A program made the position numbers and the translations under genes. A stretch of DNA of 60,264 bases, from contig NC_057718.1 of NCBI RefSeq assembly GCF_004010195.1, forward strand, positions 31,705,479 to 31,765,742, read 5' to 3'. The stretch's first letter is position 1. Each line of letters begins with the position of its first letter. This document shows, one piece after another, positions 52,101 to 60,264 of the stretch. The DNA is from Chiloscyllium plagiosum (Eukaryota). The notes under the pieces are model-generated. The model ran no database searches, was not told where the DNA came from, and was given only the letters and a program-made list of their open reading frames with translations.

Positions 52101-53127
52101 TTTATTGGGCTGAACAAGAATTATTTTCATGAACTATGTCCCACACAGTTGGCTAATTCAAGTATAATAAGTTTTTAAACATTTCCTAAGTTTCTCTACA
52201 AATTCCTTTTACAAATAGCCTGTGTGTTTAGTTTGCATTTATGATATCAGGCACTTCAATTTTACAGAATGTTCTTGCAGATGTTAAGTGATGAAAAATG
52301 TGTGTGTTCTGCAAAGCACATAGGAAACTCAGCACTGAAAAACTTTCTGAAATGACTTACTTGTCATAAATTCTGACTCATGCATCTGGCATTGGAACAT
52401 TTCAAAAACATGGTTTCTTGATTTTCCTGTGATTACTGCTGTTATAGTCATACCAGCACCAGGCAGTCTAGCATCATAGCTTCATAGCTTTCCTCTCACC
52501 TAATCAGTCAAAGTCTTCAACTGTTTCCATTTTGACCTGATCACAGGACACCACAACATACAGTACGTTCTTAACAGAGATCTCTTTATTTAACTTGTGC
52601 TTAGATTGAACTTTGAACCATCTAGTTTGGCAAATAAAGTAAAGCTGAATATAGTACATCTAACCGATCTATCAGGTTGCAGAAGTAATACACTATGGAG
52701 TCTTATGGCACTTTATTCTAAATCAAAATAAATGAAAATTGCTGAATAAGGCGATTAGATATATGAAAAGGCTGCATAAAGTCAGAAGAAATCCTATTTG
52801 TAGGTAATTTGGCAGTCTGACCATGTGAACATGTGACAAGCCAATATGTGCAATTCTCATGTCAATTGTGTGTGACTTGGCAGCTATGCAGTTAATTTCT
52901 GAAGCCTTATGATTTATTTTAATTTCTACTTCATGCTATTTTTATAACTAATACGCAACACGTTTGACACAGACATTCATGTATAGACACAAAATGTTCC
53001 TTTCTTGTCAAATGTCTTACCCTTTTACCTAGTATGGCTTGTTCACTGATGTTATTTTATTAAATCAGCTTTGCTGAATATGAAATTTAATGATTTAGTC
53101 TGCTGTTAGAAGCATTGTTACTAAGTA

Positions 53128-53473
53128 CAGTAGCGCCTCGACATATGAACGACCCCGTTCATGAACAAATTGGTTTATGAACAGGACTGTACGTAAAATT
53201 TTGCTTCAACGTACGTACGAAATTCAAGGTACAAATGAAGGTGAACATTTTAAATGACAATGTGATGTCCCATTTTCGGAAAATTCTGCAACAAAGTAAA
53301 ATACAAGTTTCTCTGGATCGTTTTCTTGTGGCATCACCAACCTCCAAGAGACAAAAAAAGAGAAAAGACTCCGGAAATATCTGAACAATGGGAAAATTGA
53401 TTCAGTTCATGAACTTTTCGGTTCACGAACCGGGTCCCGGAACGGATTAAGTTCGTAAGTCGAGGCGCTATTG
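53128..53473 (+). mobile_element. Tigger/pogo non-autonomous DNA transposon retaining the transposase C-terminal coding segment
   Basis: TIRs cagtagcgcctcgacatatgaac and gttcgtaagtcgaggcgctattg; TA duplication on both sides (53126-53127, 53474-53475); internal frame NDNVMSHFRKILQQSKIQVSLDRFL. Confidence 0.9.
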
Positions 53474-55311
53474 TAATTAAAAATTATTTCCAGAATTTCC
53501 AAATAAAAAGGAACTGCAAATAGACAATAACCATTGGACTACTTACAGTATTTTGAATGATAAACAGATCTAGTGCTTTACATCACCATCACCAGACTTT
53601 TCTTAAATTCAAGGAATATGAGCATTATTGGCTAGTCTTTTATTTATTTCTTATCCCTAGTTGCTCTTGAGAAGCTGATGAGTTGCTTTCTTGAGCACAA
53701 TCCATTTCGAGTAGGAAGACCCACATTGACATTGGGGAGTTCCAGAAGTCGGTCACAGGTCCAGGGAAGGAATAGTAATTTATTTCAGGTTGTAACTAAT
53801 GAACCAAGATTTCAACTAAACTAAATTTGTAAAAAAGTTTAAAACAAATTTGTTTAGCTGTGCTTTGGAATTTTAGTTATGACGTCATAGCATTAAAAAA
53901 GTAAACTTTTCTTAAGCATACGCTACTAAATACTACTGAAGATAATTTTTCCTTTAAAATATTTAAATTATTAAGATGAAACTTTTTTTTTTACATTTAC
54001 ATTATGTTTTGAGACTTTGCTCATTGAGGCCAAGATTGCAATGGCGGAAGATTTGGAAACTCTACAGCTTCAACTATTGTGCATCTGAATTTAATGGTAA
54101 GATTGGTCCCATAAAATTAATTGCTTATTTTACAACAGGAAGTACTATTGAAAGGACTTATTGAGGAAACAAGCCGCTAATACTCAGAGGCAGCATTTAA
54201 GCCTGGATTGATGGAAATGTAGATTCTCATGATTCTATTCCCAATGAAGTGTTTCCTCTACTGTCTCACTCTATCACATTATGTCCTTTGCTGATTATGC
54301 TATTCAGATCCTATTATCTTCTCTCAGCCATCATACTTTTACCTCTTTGATCTACTGAATCTACATGTGTGTTCCTTCTCCTTTGCCATCACTCAGTTCA
54401 ATCTCAGCACCCCTTTAACCACTTCCACTTATCCTCCAAGCAACATGGTGAGAAGCCAGAGACCGCCTTGACTTTAAGCCTCCCTTTCCCCAACTGCCTA
54501 TCTCTTTAAAATTTATTTCTGAAAAATCCAATTAGGATGAAGTAATGCACTCTTTCTCTCTTGCCTTCTGAATAAAACATGTGAAATGATTCGAAGACTA
54601 CTAAAGGCAACATAATTTTTTAAAACAGAAATGAGAAACAACAGTGGCTAAAGTTTTACAGAGATACAGATGACTGCATACAGTTTTAATCAAATATTGA
54701 AACTAATACTTGATATGTAGAGTTGAAAACCTCAGCCTTTATCATTTTTTTCCTAAAAATGTGTTAATAATTAGGATATTTATTTTTTAAACAATTAAGG
54801 GAAAGAGGAGATAATGTGCAGCTTTCAAATTCCAAATCATTCTTTTAAAAACTGAACAATTCCCACTACTTATAACATTCACACTCATCACAGACAGCTG
54901 CAAATAGCACCGAGAATTTGCTGTTATCATAGGAGTCAATTACAAAGACATTGCATACAACATATTAAGCATGATTTTGGATATACTTTGTCATAGAATC
55001 CTTTTAATAGATTTTCCTGCTTTAATAACTGTAGGTTTTCATCTCTCATCCAATTCTCAGATTCTGGCAGCTGTTTGAGAGTTCGTTTTCTTCTTCTTTC
55101 ACTTTCCTTTCCAACTCTGCCACTTTTCAGCCAGCTAAAACGCCAGTACTACAGTCTCTCAAACGTTGCACAGCTGCCTCCTGCTTTCCTTCTACTTGTT
55201 TTATTACCCAATAAGTGGAGTGGGAAAATTGCATTTACAATAGTGTGCCTGGAGCAAGCAATGGGAATACAAAGTAACATTCAGATTACTGTGAACTATG
55301 CAGTATTTAGA

Positions 55312-55915
55312 GTCATAGAATCATACAGCATAGAAACAGATCCTTCTGTCCAATCCATCCATGCTGACCAGGTTTCCCAACTAAACGGGCCCCATTTGCT
55401 TGCTTTGGGCCCATATCCCTCTAAACTGTTCCTATTCTTGTACCTGTTTAAATGTCTTTTAAATGTTGTAACAGTACCTGCATCTACCACTTCCTTTGGC
55501 GGTTCATTCCACATATGAACCACCCTCGGTGTGAAATAGTCATCCTTCAGATCCTTTTAAATCTTTCTCTTCTCACCTTCAAAATATACCCTCTAGTTTT
55601 CAACTCTCTCACCCTAGGAAAAAGACAAAAAGCACACAACACCAGGTTATAGTCCAACAGGTTTAATTGGAAGCAGACTAGCTTTCGGAGCGACGCTCCT
55701 TCATCACCTGATGAAGGAGCATCGCTCCGAAAGCGAGTGCGCCTCCAATTAAACCTGTTGGACTGTAACCTGGTGTTGTGTGATTTTTAACTCTGTACAC
55801 CCCAGTCCAACACCGGCATCTCTGAATTATGAAAAAGACCCTCATGATAAGGTCAGCTATCAACCTCCTATGTTCCAATGTAAAATGCCCCAGCCTATCC
55901 AGCCTTTCATATAGC
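55312..55915 (-). mobile_element. CR1 3' fragment, interrupted at 55627-55830
   Basis: WNEPPKEVVDAGTVTTFKRHLN and YERLDRLGHFTLEHRRL remnants. Confidence 0.85.
55627..55830. mobile_element. Fold-back insertion of a second Penelope-tail family with back-to-back hammerhead cores
   Basis: 9-bp TSD gaaaaagac (55618-55626 and 55831-55839). Plus strand CAC-CTGATGA-A-GGAGC-ATC-GCTCC-GAAA-GCGA-GTG; minus strand GTGATGA-A-GGAGC-GTC-GCTCC-GAAA-GCTA-GT. Confidence 0.88.
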
Positions 55916-56059
55916 CAGAGAGTCACACAGTGACGCATCACAGAAACAGACTCTTTAGTCCAACTAGCCCATGCTGATCATAATATATAGCACACAATTA
56001 TAACAGGTATGTAATTAGCAACATGTTTTCTCCCACAAATGCACACTCATAAAATTATC

Positions 56060-59000
56060 TGGGGACAGCATAGCAGAAATGCCATTTGCATAGTAATACA
56101 GGTGCCCAGAGCTTCTGAACATGGTTTCAAATCCAACTCTAACAGCTAGTTTGGGGAACAGATTGAAAGTAAAAGCTAGTCTCACTAATGGTTTTCATAT
56201 AAAAACAAACAACTATCTGGTTCAGTAATGTCTTTAGTAAATGAGATAGTTAATCTGTTGTCCTTACCTGGATTGGCACGTGATTAAATGTTAAATGCCC
56301 TCTGAAATGGCTTGGTATGTTATTCGGTAGTATCAAACCACTAAAAAATCTGAAAGGTATGAAACCGGAAAGACCATCAGCATTGACCTAGGCACTGGAA
56401 ATGATATCAGCAAGCCCAGCCGTGTCAACACTGCAAAGTCCTCCTCATTAACATCTAGTTGCTTGTCCTAAAACTCAGAGAGCTGTCCCACAGATTAGTC
56501 AAGCGACTATGTGACATAATCTGTAAGGTATGATTCCGATGAGAGGAGGTTTCATCATCACCATTCCTGGACATACCCTATGGCATTGGCTGGACAAATC
56601 CACCACAGGTGACAGTACAATAGTATACAAATCAGGAAGGAATTTTGTCCTGGGAATTCTTAACAGTGATTATACACCGCATGAAGGTTCATGGCATTCA
56701 GACAAACATAGGCTAAAAAAATCTCCTGATTACCATTTACCAAATCCTGTCAGCTGATGAATTAGCGCACAATCATGTTTAGCAATAATTAGAAGAAGCA
56801 CTGAAGATGGCAAAGACACAGAATGCCCTCAGTGTTGGTGATTTCAATGATCATCATCAAGTTGGTCAGTAGCAAAAGTACTAACCGAGCTGCCTAAGTC
56901 TTCAGGAAAACAGTGACTAGACTTGGTCAGCAGCAGATGTGGGAGAACAAATATGTGACAAAAATCTAGTTAATTTCATCCTCCCCAAGCTCCTTGTTGT
57001 AGATGCAGGTTACTATCAATAACAGTGGCTACTGCACCATCCTTGTGGAGCCAAAGGATACTGTTCAACTTGTTTTACAGCATTTCCAGCATGATAAAAA
57101 CGGATAGCAACTCAAAATTGGACATTGAAAAGGTGGTATAATGTCATCAGCATTTTTCCACTACAATCAGCAACCTCAACAATCTCCCCCCCCCCCACCC
57201 CGCACCCCATTCCACCATTACTATCTAATAAGAGAATAAACCTGGCTAAACAAAAAGTACAGAGATTGTGTCAGGACCAGCACTAGGCATATCTAAGAAG
57301 TGAGGCATCAACCTGAAGACTAAACATAAGACTATTTTTGCATGTCAAACTATAGAAGAATCACGTGATAGACAGCAAAGCAATCTGCAATTAGCAGATC
57401 AGATCTAAGCTCTATTCCCTGCCATATCAATTTGTTAATGGTGCTGGATAATTGAAATAACTAACTAGAAAGGAAGGCTCCATAACAATCACATCTTCAA
57501 TTATGAGGATGCGCAGATCAATACAAAATACAAAGCTGAAGCATTTGCGATCATCTGCAATCAGATGTGCTCAGCAGGTGGCCAATCTCAGTCTCCTTCT
57601 CAAAGTTCCCAGAATCAAATTTCAGACACTATTCACCCCACTTGATATCAAGAAATAGTTGAAGACACTACTATTGCAAAGGCTATAGACCCTGACAGCA
57701 TTCGGCAATAATACTGAAAAATCTATGTTCCAGAACTAGACACTGCTCCAGCCAAATTGGTCCAGCTGATCTATAACTGACATCTCCGGACAATGTGAAA
57801 AGTTACCCAGCAAGATATGTACTCCCTGTACATAAAAAGCAGATCAAATCCAAACCAGCAAATTACTGCTCCATAAGTTTACTCTTGATAAAGAGTTGAA
57901 AGGGGTTATTCACAGTGCTACAAAAAAAATTTGCTAAAGAATAACCTGCTCAGTTTGAATTCTGCTGCAGCCACTCAGTTTGCTGACCTCATGACACACT
58001 TTGTCCAAAAGAACTGAACTTTATTGGTGAGGTGACAGCAATTGTCCTTGCAGTAAGACTACATTTGACTAAGTGTGCACTGAAGAGCCCTAGCTGAAAT
58101 CAATGAGAATTGAGGGCAAAACTCTCCACTGGATGGAGAAAACTAATCAAAGGAAAAACAATTCTGGTTACTGGAGGTCAGTCATTTCAGTCTCTGGACA
58201 TCAGAGCTGCAGGACCTACTCATGGTAGCATCCCAGGCTCAACAGTCTTCAGCTGCTTCATCTACAATATTCAGTACCATTCACAACTCCTCAGATACTG
58301 AAGAAGCCAGTGTTCATATGCAGCAAGATCTGGACAACATTCAGGCGTAAGGTGATACATAAGTAATATTTGCAACATATAGGTATGACCATCTCAACAA
58401 CTGAGAACCTAAACACCTGTCCTTGACATTCAATGGCATGACCATTGCTGAATCTCCCACTATCAACATTCTGGGGGTTACCATTGATTAGAACTGGACT
58501 GGACCAAATATATAAATGCTATGGCTACCAAAGCAGGTTACAGGTCGGGAACTCTGTTGTGAATAACTTACCTGATTTCCTAAAGCCTATGTATTTATAA
58601 GGCACGTCAGGATCGCCATGGAATACTCTCCACCTCCCTGGATGAGTTCAGCTCGAACAGTCAAGAAACTTGACATCATTCAGGACAAAGCAGTCGGTTC
58701 GATTGAAGATGGTAGATGGCATGCCAATGTTCATTTTCCCCTGCCACTGATGCACAGAAGCAGCAGTTCTGATATGTGGTTGGTCCAATCCAGTTTCTAA
58801 TCAATGGTAACCAACAGTGTGAAACATCTACAAAATGCACCACAGCTCTTTTGATAGAAATCATAGGTTTGGAAGGTACTATCACCAATAAGAATAGTTG
58901 AGGCTGAGGAACATAACCTCCTCCATGTTCCCTTCCAAAGTACATTCTCACTTGGAGCTATATTGCTGTTCCTTCACTGCAAGCTGGTCAAAATCTGGAG

Positions 59001-59120
59001 CTCCTTTCTGAACAGTGGCATCGGTGCACAAATACCACATGGACTGCAGTGCTACACCTCTATCTTAACAGGATTTAGGGATTGGAAATCTATGCCGGTC
59101 TAGCCAGCAAGGTTTACATT
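56060..59120 (+). mobile_element. Near full-length decayed CR1-group LINE (APE plus RT)
   Basis: Remnants of GDFN (~56838), K..DPD.I (~57680), NY..ISL (~57861), AFD-like (~58060), GS..G.T.FSCFI (~58225), LGVTID (~58471) and MEYS...W...LDIIQDKA (58618-58690). Clade not resolved. Confidence 0.75.
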
Positions 59121-59749
59121 CTTCAACAAAAAAAATCGTTGTCTTGAAATAAACAGATAAATTTTACCTACTAAAGAATATGGGACAAGTGCAGGAAATT
59201 GGGATTAGAGCACTTTTCGTGGTAGTAAGGTCAGTGCAAACTCAATGGGCCAAAGTGCCTTTTCTGTACTGTGTGAATCTATGAATCGATAAAGCTTTTG
59301 AAATGTTCCACCCTAGAATAATCTTAAACGCTAATTGAGTAGAACATGACTGAAGAGAAAAGGTACAAAGGTTATTAGTGACACACAATGGAAAATTTAG
59401 GTACTGTACACTGACTCTACAATTGGAATTTGACACTCAGCATCACAGTTCTGCATAAGAATAATAGAACTAGGCCTACATTTTTCTGAAATAAGTTGAG
59501 GCATTGGGTACAATCTGAAGTTATTAAGCCACAAATTAATAGTTGAAAACTTTTGAAATAAGTTACCTTTCTTTGTTGTTTAAACACTAGTTTTTAGAAT
59601 TTAGGCATTTTAGCTAATTGATGACAATAACCTCTTCAGTCAACACTTTGAGCAGTTTGTAAGGAAAAAATCCAGTGCCATCCAGTGGACAGACTCTACA
59701 AATACAGGGTTACTCCCTACTTTACACTATAACAGGACCATAGCAATTA

Positions 59750-60087
59750 CAGAGGAACCTCGATTATCCGAATATCGGATTATCCGAAAATGATCTCAAG
59801 GTCCCGATAGAAACGTTACATCAAAGACGTTTTTCCAATATTGATCATGCATTTTATTTAGTTATTAAAAGTGAACTCGGCTTACTGAAATGCTGCAGAG
59901 AACAGTCCCGGCCATCGATGGGAGCCTAGACACCATCTCCAAATGACTGACTGCCCACCTACTCTCTCTCTCTCTCTCTCCCCCCACACTTCCCCTGGAG
60001 TTCTACACGGGGTGTACCCTAAACCCCCTATCCCAGATAATCTCTCCAACATTGTTCTGTACAGGGCAAAGGTGGAACCTGTCAAAA
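59750..60087. mobile_element. Tigger/pogo-type MITE, left part (right end not in window)
   Basis: TA followed by cagaggaacctcgattatccgaa with an internal gattatccgaa repeat; only one TIR is visible. Confidence 0.55.
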
Positions 60088-60264
60088 AGGTAAAAACAAT
60101 GACTGCAGATGCTGGAAACCAGATCTGGATCAATGGTGCTGTAAGAGCACAGCAGTTCAGGCAGCATCCGAGGAGCTTCAGCAAAATCGACGTTTCGGGC
60201 AAAAGCCCCCGAAACGTCGATTTTGCTGAAGCTCCTCGGATGCTGCCTGAACTGCTGTGCTCTT
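60088..60264. mobile_element. Young fold-back Penelope-tail insertion, cut by the window end
   Basis: Perfect 57-bp inverted repeat 60143-60199 and 60208-60264 with an 8-nt spacer. Confidence 0.88.

Noticed and set aside
20475..60264. Upstream SRBD1 exon expected to end ...IGVGMYQ
   Set aside because: Not found by eye; probably beyond the window, implying an intron over 39 kb, though I may have missed it or it may lie in the gap.
4803..60264. Recurrent short palindromic repeats as CRISPR or tRNA-SINE
   Set aside because: They are dispersed with no repeat-spacer periodicity or A/B boxes, the context is eukaryotic, and they link to a Penelope GIY-YIG tail.

Overview
AT-rich vertebrate genomic DNA, most likely from a cartilaginous fish (shark), judged from the repeat families; this is inference. 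The only host coding sequence I can support is three consecutive minus-strand exons of SRBD1 (S1 RNA-binding domain 1, Tex-like) at 20368-20474, 15424-15600 and 14948-15142, all GT-AG and phase-compatible. The rest is SRBD1 intron filled with decayed mobile DNA. There are two Gmr1-type Ty3/Gypsy LTR retrotransposons with integrase upstream of RT, tRNA-Pro-like PBS and 4-bp TSDs. A Harbinger transposase fossil is split by a four-layer nest. A class I (gamma/epsilon-like) endogenous retrovirus pro-pol fragment has a candidate 2H-phosphoesterase domain between protease and RT. Also present are many CR1-group LINE pieces, Tigger/pogo MITEs, and two Penelope-like element remnants. At least four distinct families of short Penelope-tail insertions carry minimal hammerhead-ribozyme cores. 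Several of these are fold-back palindromes with 9-16 bp target duplications, and their junctions fall repeatedly on the CUGAUGA box. An assembly gap occupies 24798-25246. Repeat boundaries without TSD/TIR evidence are approximate.
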